64,000 bases of DNA from an uncultured Actinomycetes bacterium (GCA_963824995.1 CAWGRK010000010.1:1-64000), one strand, 5' to 3'. Shown: positions 10,140 through 20,357, numbered from the stretch's first letter. Notes: generated by a model from the sequence alone, not told the origin. Translations and numbers: made by a program.

Positions 10140-10370
10140 TCAATCCTCATCGAGGATCTCGCCATGCCAGGCTTCGCGCCTTCGCAGTGCAAGCCAGGCG
10201 ACCCCTAAGTCCTGCCAACGCGTCGGCCCCACCAGCCGCCCGTGGCGTTTGAGCACCAATCCGGCAAGCAGGATGGCGGACAGCCAGGAGCAAAGGAACG
10301 ACTCGGCCGAGTCGGCGACCAGGGTCCTGCTGTCGAGTCGGATCCTGTCTGTCGCTTCAGCCAGGGGAAT
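10140..10370 (-). pseudogene. C-terminal relic of a cation-transporter (CDF-like) gene
   Basis: Minus-strand translation across shifts gives LDSRTLVADSAESFLCSWLSAILLAGLVL...GWW.ADALAGLGVAWLAL...EAW; the N-terminus is missing. Confidence 0.6.
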
Positions 10371-10562
10371 CCTGACAGACAGGGCGCGTTACCCGACTTT
10401 CAATTGTGTTCATTGAATTTCTGGGCATCGCCGTTATCAGGCGAACCAGAGCAACGCAACGCAACTGAGCACTTGACGCTCGGGTCGGCAACGGACCCAC
10501 CGGACGACCATCATCACCTCACCTTGTGGGCCTCGCCGAGCCGCTCATATAGGCTCGAGAGC

Positions 10563-11183
10563 ATGTCGGATTCACCAATATCTCGGTTTGCAGCGCCCAT
10601 CGCCATCGTCGCCGGCGCTCTGGTCATCATCACGAGACTGGTGGTGGCCCTGACCATCCCGACCGAGGCTGGACTACTCGAGGCGTACTTCCTGAGTGCT
10701 ACGCATGCAATCAACAGCGTTGCATCGATCGTGGCCTACGCGCTGCTGGTCCTTGCCCTCGTCGCGGCGTATGACCGCGAAGCGCGCCCCGCCGGCACAC
10801 TGGGCGTCGTCGCACTCGGCGCGGCGATCGTCGGCACGGTGTTCATGGCTGGGGACTGGTGGTACGAGGCGTTCGCCGTGCCGCGGATCGCGGAGGTCGC
10901 TCCTCAGGTGATTGACACCTTCGTCGGCGGCCGGCTGCTCATGGGTGGCCTATGGAGCTTCGCGCTCTTCGGGTTGGGCTGGATCTTGTTCGGCATCGCC
11001 AGCCTGCGTGCTCGCGTCTTTCCAGCCGCCATCTCGGTTGCGATCCTGGTTGGTGGCCTCTTGTCTGGCGTTCCCATCGGCATCGCTTACCTAAGTGGCG
11101 GCGTCATCCTTGGTCTGGCCTTCGTATGGCTAGGTGCGTGGATAATGCGGACGACCGCGGTCCCCACTTCGTTAGGCGAGTAA
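10563..11183 (+). CDS. Hypothetical integral membrane protein (~6 TMs)
   Basis: ATG at 10563; hydrophobic helices, GDWWYEAF and GWILFGIASLRARVFP motifs. Confidence 0.8.
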   Translation: MSDSPISRFAAPIAIVAGALVIITRLVVALTIPTEAGLLEAYFLSATHAINSVASIVAYALLVLALVAAYDREARPAGTLGVVALGAAIVGTVFMAGDWWYEAFAVPRIAEVAPQVIDTFVGGRLLMGGLWSFALFGLGWILFGIASLRARVFPAAISVAILVGGLLSGVPIGIAYLSGGVILGLAFVWLGAWIMRTTAVPTSLGE

Positions 11184-11302
11184 GCGGAGCCGATGAGGGG
11201 GATCCTCTCGCTGATGAACGTGCCCGTCATCGACAACACCCGGGCTCAATGACGAGGCAAGACATAGGGGGGCCCGTCGCTAGCTGTGCGACTTCTGCGT
11301 GA

Positions 11303-11563
11303 CGGAGCACCTCGTCGACTGAGAGGTGCTTCGGACCCGATCCCCGTGGCACACCTGTGGAGCGGGGCTGTGGCGCGTACGGCCGAAAACCCCTCCTCGG
11401 GCCCAAACCAGACTCCGGCATTTCTCCAACTAGTACAAGGTGAACATCGGTGGAGCTGACGGGATTGAACCCGTGACCCCCTCGTTGCGAAAGAAGCGGT
11501 CAAAACGCTCTGACCAGGAGAAACGGCACGTGTCAGCGGCTTTTGGCGCGGTTGTGGGACGAG
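11303..11563 (-). mobile_element. attP-like unit 2: tRNA-Ala(CGC) 3'-half core (11449-11491) with arm-like repeats
   Basis: Minus strand reads TTCGCAACGAGGGGGTCACGGGTTCAATCCCGTCAGCTCCACC; flanking motifs are shared with 3480-3723. Confidence 0.75.
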
Positions 11564-11795
11564 GGGTGTAAGACGGCGTGAGACACAGTGAGTCAATCTT
11601 GTCGTGGCCCCGCTGTCGCTGAATGTTCGCCTCCAAAAGGACGCTGATTCTGTTGCTGGTGGGCGTGCTTGCAGTGCTGGTAATCGGACGCACCCTCCCG
11701 AGCGATGGAGGGACGTTCTGTTCGATAGTTCTCAGCTCGGCCGTGGCCGGCCAGGCAATGCTGCTTCTCGGCTTCGGAGCCTGGAATCCTCGGCT

Positions 11796-14168
11796 TCAGG
11801 GAAGGGGAGCAACATCCGTCGTCCCGTGAAAACGTTTGATCACTGGCCCGGTCGGATCCGGCACCACGGCGAACGTGCCTGCGGCTGCAAGATCGGTCGA
11901 CGAGGTCCCGATTAGCACTTCGATCGACCCGGGCTCGACGACGTATTCAAGGTCGCGGTCGTAGAACCCGAGCTGGCCGACCGGGACCTGAAAGGTCGTC
12001 CTGCATGAGGCGCCAGCCAACAGATGGACTCGGGCGAAGCTCTTTAACTCCAGCACCGGACGGGTCACGCTGGCCGACGGGTCCCTGGCATAGAGCTGGA
12101 GGACTTCATCTCCTTCCCGGTTGCCCATGTTCGTGACTGTCGCTGCAGCGGTGATCACCCCATTCCAGGGCACCTCGTCCGTGTTCAGCTCGAGGTCTGA
12201 CACCGTGAAGGTGGTGTAGCCCAGACCGTGCCCGAACGGGTAGAGCGGGGTGACTTCGCCGTCGACGTAGTCGCCCTTCCAGTGCGACCTCCCCCCGGAG
12301 ATCTTGTGTCCGTAGTAGACGGGGATGTGCCCGGCCGATCGCGGGTGCGAGATCGGCAGTTTTCCGCCCGGGCTCACCTCACCGGTGAGCACGTCGGTGA
12401 TGGCCTCGGCTCCCTCTTCGCCGGGTAGCCAGGCCTGGACGACGGCGGCGCTGTGCTCATGGGCCCACTGACTACCGCAGGGTCGGCCGGTGACCAAGAC
12501 GAGCACGACCGGCGTCCCCGTCTCGATGACTGCCCGGACCAGATCCTCCTGGACGCCGGGAAGATCCAGCGAGATACGGTCGCGGCCCTCGCCGGAAGTG
12601 CACTCACTCGTAAGACCCGCCTTGTCTCCCATGACCATCACAGCCAGGGCTGACCCCCCGGGCTAGGGCGACCGCCTCCTCGAACCCGTCGCGCGACTCA
12701 CTGTCGACGTCACACCCCCTGGCGTAGCCGACGCGGTCCCCCAGACGGTCGCGGAGGGCATCGAACACGGTGCGCGCTTGCTTCATGGAGCCTTCGAGGC
12801 TCACCTCTCCGGAGAACGGCACCCCGAACACGTTGTCGCCCGATTGCATGTCGACCAGTGCTTCGATGTGGGCCGGGTAGGCGTAGTCACCGAAGAGATT
12901 CCGAGCGTCGTGGGCGTTGGGCCCGATCACGGCGATCGACCCGGCTCCAGAGGTAATGGGGAGTGTGCCGTCGTTGGCCAGGAGAACCATGCTCTTCACG
13001 GCGATCCGCCGGGCCAGCTCGCCCTCTGACAATGCCTCGATCTCGGTCGAGACGGCGTCGGGATCTACGAAGGGCTCTTCGAAGAGGCCCAGTTCGAACT
13101 TCGACAGCAGAACTCTCCTCACCGCAGTGTCGACGACACCGGGATCGATGGCCCCGGTCTTGACGCCTTCGATCAGTGGGGTCCCGTAGCAGTCGGTCCC
13201 GGGGAGCTCGACATCGATCCCGGCGGTGAGGGCGGTCACTGCCGCGTCCGTGGCGTCATCGTGCCACGTGGTGATAGCTGGCCAGTTGCCTGACGGCGAA
13301 GTAGTCGGACACCACGGTCCCTTCGAATCCCCAATGCTCCCTGAGGAGCACTGTGAGCAGATCACGGTCCGCACCGCAAGGTATCCCGTCTAGCTCGTGA
13401 TAGGCGTTCATCACCGACCATGCCCCGGCGGCCACGACCGCTTCGAATGGATGGAGGTAGACCTCCCGCAGCTCTCGGGGGGGCAGATGGGGAGGGGCCC
13501 AGTTCAATCCTCCCTCGGAGGCGCTGTATCCGACGAAGTGCTTGGCGGTCGCCACCACACCCTCGGTCAGATCGTCGCCTTGCAGGCCCTCGACAAAGGC
13601 GGTTCCCATCCGGGCGACGAGGTAGGGGTCCTCTCCGAAGGTCTCCTCGGTCCGGCCCCAGCGCGGGTCTCGTGCGACGTCGAGGACCGGAGACAGTCCG
13701 TGGTGTGCGCCCATGGCGCGCATCTGCCGCCGTACCGCGGTGGCCATCTCTCGGGCGAGATCGGGGTCCCAGGTGGCGGCCACACCGATCGCCTGCGGGT
13801 AGACGACGGCGTGGCGCGACATCAGCCCCGAGCAGATCTCCTCGTGGACGATTGCCGGGATGCCGAGTCGGGTCTCCTCGATGAGGAAGCGTTGGATCTC
13901 GTTCGCAAGGCGGGCGGCGTCCTCCGCCCCGAGGTCGCTGGCCCCGGAGATCCGGGTCACATGGCCGAGACCACCACCGAGCAGGTCCCGGGCCTTTTCG
14001 TCGGAGAGGCTGTCCTTCCTCGGTCAGCTGGAAGACCCAGGCGCTCCCCAATTGTGCGACCTTCTCCTCGAGAGTCATCATCTCCAGCAGACTCTCGACC
14101 CGCTCGCTCACCGAGAGGCCGGGATCGCGGTAGGCCGGCTGCTGGCCGTCGACGGTGACCGCGGTCAT
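11796..14168 (-). CDS. Glycoside hydrolase family 3 (beta-xylosidase/glucosidase, BxlA-like); frameshifted
   Basis: MTLEEKVAQL, TRLGIPAIVHEE, RDPRWGRTEETFGEDP, ATAKHF, WGFEGTVVSDY, GEGRDR, PLYPFGHGLGY, Fn3-like tail, spread over four ORF fragments. Confidence 0.92.
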
Positions 14169-15025
14169 CCCTTCACTCCTCCTGCGGTGAGCCCGCTCAC
14201 GATCTGACGCTGTGCGATGAAGTAGAAGATCAGGGCCGGGATCATGGCCAGCGTGGTGTAGGCCAGGATCATCGCGGTGTCCGTAACGAACTGAGCCGAG
14301 ATGTTGTTGATGCCGAGTGGCAGCGTCCATTGCTGCGGTTGGATCAACACCAGCAACGGAAGCAGGAAGGCGTTCCAGCTGCCCACGACGGTGAGTACCG
14401 CGATCGTGCTCAGAACCGGGCGGCAGAGAGGGAGCATGACCGACCAGTAGAAGCGCAGCGGGCCGCAGCCGTCGATTGCAGCTGCGTCTTCGAGATCACG
14501 GGGGATGCTGCGAAAGAACGGGCGAAGGATCACGATCGAGAGCGGGAGCCCGAATGCCGCCTGAGGGAGGGCGATGCCGAGCGGGCTGTTTAGCAGGCCG
14601 GTCTGGCGCAGGGTGATGAACAGCGGAAGGATGGCCACCGCCACGGGGAACAAAAGCCCCAGAGTGAACAGGGCGAACACGAACTCTCGCCCCCGGAACC
14701 GGTAGCGGGCGATCACGAACGCAGCCAGGGACGCCGCGGGAAGGACGAGGGCGGTTGTGATCAGCGCAATCAGCACGCTGTTCCTCACCCACCCATAGAA
14801 GCTCGGGTCGGTGAGGGCGGTCTCGTAGTTGGTGAAGATCCACGGATTCGGGAGTGCCACCGGGTCGGCGGCGAGTTGTGCGTTGCTCCGAAACCCACCG
14901 ATGATCGAGAAGCTCAGCGGTACCACGATCACCAGCAGGACCACGACTGCGATCACATAGAGCAGCCCACGGCCGAAGTCGAAATTCCGGTGCGTGCTGC
15001 CGGTACGAGCAGTAGCTGCAGTCAT
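14165..15025 (-). CDS. Carbohydrate ABC transporter permease (MalG-like)
   Basis: EAA loop LEDAAAIDGC; C-terminal GLTAGGVKG. Confidence 0.95.
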   Translation of the reverse strand: MTAATARTGSTHRNFDFGRGLLYVIAVVVLLVIVVPLSFSIIGGFRSNAQLAADPVALPNPWIFTNYETALTDPSFYGWVRNSVLIALITTALVLPAASLAAFVIARYRFRGREFVFALFTLGLLFPVAVAILPLFITLRQTGLLNSPLGIALPQAAFGLPLSIVILRPFFRSIPRDLEDAAAIDGCGPLRFYWSVMLPLCRPVLSTIAVLTVVGSWNAFLLPLLVLIQPQQWTLPLGINNISAQFVTDTAMILAYTTLAMIPALIFYFIAQRQIVSGLTAGGVKG

Positions 15026-16026
15026 GTGGTGAGCGCCCCCTCCAGGTCACGGCGCAGCACGAATCGTTGATAGAGGAGCGCCACGATCAAAGAGAGCCCG
15101 AAGACGATCACCGAGATGGCGCTGGCGTAGCCGAATTGAGTTCTGCGGAAGCCCCAGTCGACAAGGTAAGTGGCCATGGTGGCCGTGGCGTTCACCGGGC
15201 CGCCCTTGGTGGTGACCCAGACCAGGTCGAAGAGCTGCAGAGCGCCAATGATGGAGAGGAACATGGAGACACGGATGGTGGGGCCGAGTAGCGGGAGAGT
15301 CACATATCGGAAGCCCTTCCAGAAGGAGGCGCCGTCGATGGCCGACGCCTCCTCGAGCTCGGTGGGGATGAGCTGGAGCCCGGCCATGATCAACACCATG
15401 TGAAACCCGAAGTACTTCCAGGAGATGACGAAGAAGAGGCTGTAGAGGGCGATCTTGGGGTCGGCCAGCCATTCCCTTGTCACGCCGCCGGCGCCGACTG
15501 AGCCCAGGATCTGGTCGAAGAGGCCTTCGGGCCGATAGATCTGGCGCCACACCACCCCGGTCACCACCTCGGACAGGATGAAGGGGGCGAAGTACATGGT
15601 CCGAAACACCCCGCGTCCCTTCAGGTTGCGACTGAGGAGCACGGCCAAAGCGACCGCAAACGGGATCTGGAGAAGCAGCGAAAGCGCGATGATGATCCCG
15701 TTATGGGTGATCGCCTCGATGAACAATGGGTCGGCGAATGCGTCCTTGAAGTTCTGCAAGCCCACCCAATCGGTGAGTGGCTCCAGCCCATTCCAGTCGT
15801 ACCCGCTGAAGCGGATGCTCTGGGTGATCGGGTAAAGGACGAAGAGCGTGTACAGCGCCAGGGCAGGCAGTAGAAACGCAAGGATCACCGGCCAGGGAGC
15901 GGTCCCTGGCGAGCGTCGAGCCGTTTGCTTGGCGGGCGTCGCTCTGACTGGTCTTTCGCTGGTCACGATCGGCTGCTCGATGGGTGGAGGGCCGCCGGAC
16001 CGACGGCCCTCCACGACTTTGCTCAC
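15022..16026 (-). CDS. Carbohydrate ABC transporter permease (MalF-like)
   Basis: WVGLQNF, LEEASAIDGAS, TKGGP, FGYASAIS. Confidence 0.95.
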   Translation of the reverse strand: MSKVVEGRRSGGPPPIEQPIVTSERPVRATPAKQTARRSPGTAPWPVILAFLLPALALYTLFVLYPITQSIRFSGYDWNGLEPLTDWVGLQNFKDAFADPLFIEAITHNGIIIALSLLLQIPFAVALAVLLSRNLKGRGVFRTMYFAPFILSEVVTGVVWRQIYRPEGLFDQILGSVGAGGVTREWLADPKIALYSLFFVISWKYFGFHMVLIMAGLQLIPTELEEASAIDGASFWKGFRYVTLPLLGPTIRVSMFLSIIGALQLFDLVWVTTKGGPVNATATMATYLVDWGFRRTQFGYASAISVIVFGLSLIVALLYQRFVLRRDLEGALTT

Positions 16027-16040
16027 GATACGACTGGTGG

Positions 16041-17414
16041 CTATCCGGCCGCGTCGGTAATGGCCTGGGTGACCTCCTCAGGTGTCGCCTCACCGGCGAA
16101 CAATGTCACCACTGCGTCGTTTACCGCGGCCCCCAGCTCCGGGCTGAAGAACTGGTCCAGATAGAGCTGGACGAACCCAGCATTGCCCAGACCCTCCAGC
16201 ACCTGCTGTTGGAGCGGGTCAGTGACCGATACCTCCGAGCCCTTGACCACCGGGAGGAAGAAGGCAGTCTCGCCTATCCGGATTGCCTGCTCTACCTCAC
16301 TGATGTACTCCAAGAACTGGACCGCCTCAGGTGGGGCATCCTTGCCCACGACGAAGCCGTCGCCACCGCCAAAACCGTCAGTCGGCTCACCGGCGCCACC
16401 CTCTACGGCCGGGAAGGGGAACCACCCGAATTCGGCTGGGAGACGCTCGGCGATGGGATCCTCGGGAGTCCCTATTCCTGACTGGTTGGCGTAGCCACCC
16501 GGTCCCCACTGCCCCATCAGGCTGATGGCGGCCTGGCCGGTACCGATAGTCCCGGACTCTCCGTCGGGAGCGTCCCATGGCGCGGCCAGGAAGCCGGGCT
16601 GGAAAGGCTCCATGTCGATGAGACGCTGCAACTGATTGCCTGCCTCCACGAACTCGGGCTTGTTGAAGTCCAGGTCCTCGGCCACTTGCGTCATGGCCGG
16701 TTCGCCACCCTCCCGTACCATCAGATACGAGTAGTAAAAGTGCGCCGGCCACTTGTCTCCGGCGCCGACCGCGATCGGCGTGATCCCGGCATCCTTCAGA
16801 GCCTGCACATCCTCGAGGAACTCGTCCCATGTCGCCGGCGGGCCATCGATCCCCGCTTGGGCGAACAGGTCCATGTTGTACCAGAACCCGACCATGCCCA
16901 GGTTGAAGGGGATCCCGTACTGAACCCCATCCAACTGATAGAGGCCGACAGCTCCCTCGTTGATATTCCCCGTGAAGCCTGATGACGCATCGGTGATGTC
17001 CTGAAGCAGACCCGCTTCCACCTGTTGTTTGAGGCCGCCGCCACCCCACGATTGGAACAGATCCGGCACGTCACCGGCCTGGAGATTGGTCTGAAGTGCC
17101 GCCTTGAAGGCTTCGTTCTCCATCACTGTGATGTTGATCTGGACCCCGGGATTGGCCTCCATGAACTCGTCCGCGAATTCCTGCCAGACGGACAACATCG
17201 GTTCGGTGTTCTGGATGTGCCACCACTCGATGGTGACCTCCTCCGCCGGTGTCTCGGCTGCGGCAGTTGTCGTCGTCGCCTCGGCCGCCGTCGTCTCCGT
17301 CACGGCGCCGCCACTGGTGGTCGTTGCGTCCTCGGCGGTGCCGCCGCCCCCACAGCTGGCCAGCGCCAGGGCCAGGATGGCAAGAATCGCCATCGGTCGT
17401 CTTACCGGTTTCAC
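16041..17414 (-). CDS. Sugar ABC transporter substrate-binding lipoprotein
   Basis: Lipobox LASC, Thr/Ala linker, PDLFQSWGGG, FWYNMDLF; AGGAGG RBS before GTG. Confidence 0.95.
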   Translation of the reverse strand: MKPVRRPMAILAILALALASCGGGGTAEDATTTSGGAVTETTAAEATTTTAAAETPAEEVTIEWWHIQNTEPMLSVWQEFADEFMEANPGVQINITVMENEAFKAALQTNLQAGDVPDLFQSWGGGGLKQQVEAGLLQDITDASSGFTGNINEGAVGLYQLDGVQYGIPFNLGMVGFWYNMDLFAQAGIDGPPATWDEFLEDVQALKDAGITPIAVGAGDKWPAHFYYSYLMVREGGEPAMTQVAEDLDFNKPEFVEAGNQLQRLIDMEPFQPGFLAAPWDAPDGESGTIGTGQAAISLMGQWGPGGYANQSGIGTPEDPIAERLPAEFGWFPFPAVEGGAGEPTDGFGGGDGFVVGKDAPPEAVQFLEYISEVEQAIRIGETAFFLPVVKGSEVSVTDPLQQQVLEGLGNAGFVQLYLDQFFSPELGAAVNDAVVTLFAGEATPEEVTQAITDAAG

Positions 17415-17441
17415 GTGTTCCTCCTTTGATCGCCTCCGGCT

Positions 17442-17455
17442 TGTAAACGTTTTCA
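17442..17455. promoter_or_regulatory. LacI-type operator TGTAAACGTTTTCA
   Basis: Palindrome with central CG upstream of the SBP gene; near-identical copy at 18537-18550. Confidence 0.75.
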
Positions 17456-17492
17456 GTCGGGGTCTGGTGTTCTTCTCCTCCTCGGATTCGGT

Positions 17493-18506
17493 CTAGACGG
17501 TCACGGCCCGGCATGAGTGACGAACCACCAACTCAGTGGGAAGGGTCAGGTGAGCCGGTTCTTGTTCCGGCTCATCGATGAGCTCGACGAGGAGCCGCGT
17601 CGCCTCGTAGCCCATCTCCTGGATCGACTGGTCGATCGTGGTCAATGAAGGCGAGGCGAGCGCCGACTCGAGGATGTTGTCGAAGCCGATCACCGACAGA
17701 TCGTCCGGCACGGAAATCCCGAGGGACTGTGCGACATCCATCGTGGCGATGGCCGACACGTCGTTGGCAGCGAAGATCGCAGTCGGGGGATCGCTCATCT
17801 CGAGCAGCTCATGGGCCGGACCCTCGGTTGCTTCCCGGGTGTACTCGCCGACACGGACCAGTCCAGGATCGAACTCGATCTCGGACCGCTCCAGCGCGTT
17901 GAGGTAGCCCTGCTCGCGAAGACGGGCCGACTCCAGGTCGGGACGGCCGGCGATGAACCCGATCCGCCGATGGCCGAGCCCGATCAAGTAGTCGGTTGCC
18001 GTCATCGCTCCCTCCAGGTTCTGGGATGCGACGGTCGGCAAGGGGGAGGCGCCGGCGTGGGGATCGACGACGACAACCGGCGCGTTGTGAGCGACGTCGA
18101 CCACGGTGGGGGTCACGAGAAGGGTTCCATCGGCCAGGGTGCCGTTGAGGCGGGACAGGTACCGGCGCTCCCAACCCACCTGTGCGCCGACATGGCCGTC
18201 ACCGGCGCATACGATGAGCTCATAGCCGGTGGAGTGGATGGCTCGGGCGGCGCCCTTGAGCAACTCGGTGCTGAACGGCTCGAGGTCGGGGACGATGATC
18301 CCGATGACGCTGGTGCGATGGCTGCGCAGGCTCCTCGCCACCAGACTCGACTCGTAGCCGAGGTCGTCGACGACCGCCTGGACCCGGGAGGAAGTGTCGG
18401 AAGCCACGCCGTATCGGCCATTGACCACGCGGGAGACCGTGGCGATCGACACTCCCGCCTCGGCGGCCACGTCCTCGATGGTTATCCGGTCCTGCGCTTT
18501 TCTCAT
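17493..18506 (-). CDS. LacI-family transcriptional regulator
   Basis: ITIEDVAAEAGVSIATVSRV HTH; PTAIFAAND, VPDDLSVIGFD, LTTIDQ. Confidence 0.97.
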   Translation of the reverse strand: MRKAQDRITIEDVAAEAGVSIATVSRVVNGRYGVASDTSSRVQAVVDDLGYESSLVARSLRSHRTSVIGIIVPDLEPFSTELLKGAARAIHSTGYELIVCAGDGHVGAQVGWERRYLSRLNGTLADGTLLVTPTVVDVAHNAPVVVVDPHAGASPLPTVASQNLEGAMTATDYLIGLGHRRIGFIAGRPDLESARLREQGYLNALERSEIEFDPGLVRVGEYTREATEGPAHELLEMSDPPTAIFAANDVSAIATMDVAQSLGISVPDDLSVIGFDNILESALASPSLTTIDQSIQEMGYEATRLLVELIDEPEQEPAHLTLPTELVVRHSCRAVTV

Positions 18507-18536
18507 CGCTCCTGTGAACGTTCTGGATGACGATGT

Positions 18537-18550
18537 CGAAAACGTTTACA
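18537..18550. promoter_or_regulatory. LacI-type operator (autoregulatory) CGAAAACGTTTACA
   Basis: Matches the 17442 site; a weaker copy TGTGAACGTTCTGG lies at 18513-18526. Confidence 0.7.
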
Positions 18551-18639
18551 AGCTAACCACGTCGATCATGCCATGCGTCGCAGAACGGGAAGTTGTTTTC
18601 TAAGGCCGAGCGGGGGGGGGGGACCGAGCAGGAATCCGG

Positions 18640-18918
18640 TGTTGATACTTTCGGCTTCAACCCGAAACCGGAGTCATGGCGCGACATCGGAACCAACCCG
18701 AACGTCGCAATGGTCGTCGACGACCTCGCATCCGTCGACCCCTACACACCTCGAGGAATCGAGATCCGCGGACGTGCCGTACTTCGACAGGGGGAGGGAT
18801 TGAGCCTACGACCGGGATTCGACGCGGCGGTGATCATGATCCACCCACAGCGAATCAACGCCTGGGGCATCGACGCGCCACCTTCCAGGGGTCCAACAGC
18901 CGCGACGTCCGGGCTTGA
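18640..18918 (+). pseudogene. 5'-truncated PPOX-class (F420-dependent) oxidoreductase relic
   Basis: WRDIGTNPNVAMVVDDLASVDPYTPRGIEIRGRA...IHPQRINAWGID; N-terminal part absent after a G11 run. Confidence 0.65.
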
Positions 18919-19061
18919 TAACAGCACCCAAGCCCGGCCTCTACAACGAGCCGTTGGGTTGCGGCGCTCCGTAGTTACGGAATGTAGCTCTCTATCGGGA
19001 CGTGCACCGTGCCGCATGGCTTCTGACACCAATACGACACCATTTGCCCCTCACCCACAGC

Positions 19062-19097
19062 AAGGCCCCGATCAGACATCTTCCTGACCAGGGCCTT
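19062..19097 (-). terminator. Hairpin downstream of tRNA-fMet
   Basis: AAGGCCCCGATCAG...CTGACCAGGGCCTT imperfect inverted repeat. Confidence 0.5.
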
Positions 19098-19103
19098 CCG
19101 TCG

Positions 19104-19177
<74 letters not shown>

Positions 19178-19222
19178 TCGCACCCTGGAGTGTACCGGTC
19201 TCTCCGGGGTTATCGCAAGGGG

Positions 19223-19544
19223 TCAGCCCATGACGTCGAAGGTCTCGCCGACCTCGACGGTGCCGCCGCTCTTCAGGTGGGGACAGCCCTTCGACATCTC
19301 GACGGCGGCGTCCATGTCGTCGGCGCTGATCACGGTGTAACCGGTAACCGGGTCGGAGCCGCCGCCCTCGGCGGTGGACCCGTCGCTGTTGATCACGATG
19401 GTGCGGGTGATGGGGTTGCCGCCGTCGACGATCGCCGACCCGAGTTCCTCGTACCACTTTCCCCAAGCGGCCATTACCGCCTGCTGTTGTTCGTCGGTCT
19501 CCGCCATGCCACCGCCGTGGTACGCCAGCAAGAAAGTTCGCCAT
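19223..19544 (-). CDS. YCII/YciI-related domain protein; frameshift just after the start
   Basis: GAGGAG-ATG; FLLAYHGG...MAAWGKW...VTGYTVISADDMDAAVEMSKGCPHL...VEV. Confidence 0.85.
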
Positions 19545-19998
19545 GTCTCCTCCTCGTATATCGCCAATCGCTTCGAGGTAGCTGGGGAACAGCGTGGTCC
19601 AACCGCCCAGGTTCCGGTCGCGCCACTCCTGACCACCCGCGCCCGAGCCTCTCCCAGCCAGTGTGCTCGATCTCTACTCGGGTCGTCCCATCGGGACGAC
19701 CATTGAAACTGATGAGGACGTCGGTGGCGTCGGCGCGATCCCGCCGCAAGTGCCACAGATAACCGAGACGCCCCGGAGGGTCCCAGAGCGTCACCTCACC
19801 CCACTCTGACTCGGTGCCGTCGGGACCGCGCTCATAGATCCGCCCACCGAGCCGGGGCTCGAGGAACACCTCTACGTCGTCCACTCCGGCGACGGTGTGG
19901 TCGGCGGGCCACCAGGTCGAGATCTTCCCCGTCCACACGTCAAAGGCGTGCTCCGGTGAGCAGCGGAGGTCGAGGTTGAATCTGAGCGGCTCGATCAT
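19474..19998 (-). CDS. SRPBCC/Aha1-like domain protein; C-terminus likely frameshifted
   Basis: AFDVWT...WWP...EPRLGGRIYE...WDPPGRL...TRVEIEHTGWERLG. Confidence 0.88.
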   Translation of the reverse strand: MIEPLRFNLDLRCSPEHAFDVWTGKISTWWPADHTVAGVDDVEVFLEPRLGGRIYERGPDGTESEWGEVTLWDPPGRLGYLWHLRRDRADATDVLISFNGRPDGTTRVEIEHTGWERLGRGWSGVARPEPGRLDHAVPQLPRSDWRYTRRRHGELSCWRTTAVAWRRPTNNSRR

Positions 19999-20330
19999 CC
20001 CCGGTCGCCCTCGGGAACGGTGTTCTCCGCCATGAGACCGAAACGTCTTGCCGCATCCCCCCAGACCTGCTCCAGGAACAGGCGAACCTCCTCCACTCCC
20101 TCTTCATGCAATCGGTAGACACGACGTGTTCCCCGCGGCTCGTGCACCACCAGGCCGGCTTCCTTGAGCAGGCGGAGATGACGGGAGACGGCGGGACGGC
20201 TGATGGGTAGCTCGTCGGCGATTTCGGTCACCGAAAGACCCCCCTCTCGGAGCAGGCCCACTATCGCTCGCCGGTGCGGGTCGCCAAGGGCGTCGAACGG
20301 GTCACCGGCCAATTGCGGGCACCGACTCAA
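19995..20330 (-). CDS. ArsR/SmtB-family regulator
   Basis: FDALGDPHRRAIV...ISRPAVSRHLRLLKEAGLV...GTRRVY; GTAGCC-N4-GGTTAC palindrome at 20333-20348. Confidence 0.92.
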   Translation of the reverse strand: MSRCPQLAGDPFDALGDPHRRAIVGLLREGGLSVTEIADELPISRPAVSRHLRLLKEAGLVVHEPRGTRRVYRLHEEGVEEVRLFLEQVWGDAARRFGLMAENTVPEGDRG

Positions 20331-20357
20331 GCGTAGCCATACGGTTACGGAGTGAGG

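Noticed and set aside
11364..11376. GGGGCTGTGGCGC as the 5' end of tRNA-Ala (split or permuted tRNA)
   Set aside because: It is on the opposite strand to the 3' half, does not continue into a D-arm, and is explained by the TGTGG repeat series.
11623..11829. 68-aa hydrophobic ORF next to att unit 2
   Set aside because: No clear RBS or family motif, and it overlaps the GH3 3' end; it cannot be supported from the sequence alone.
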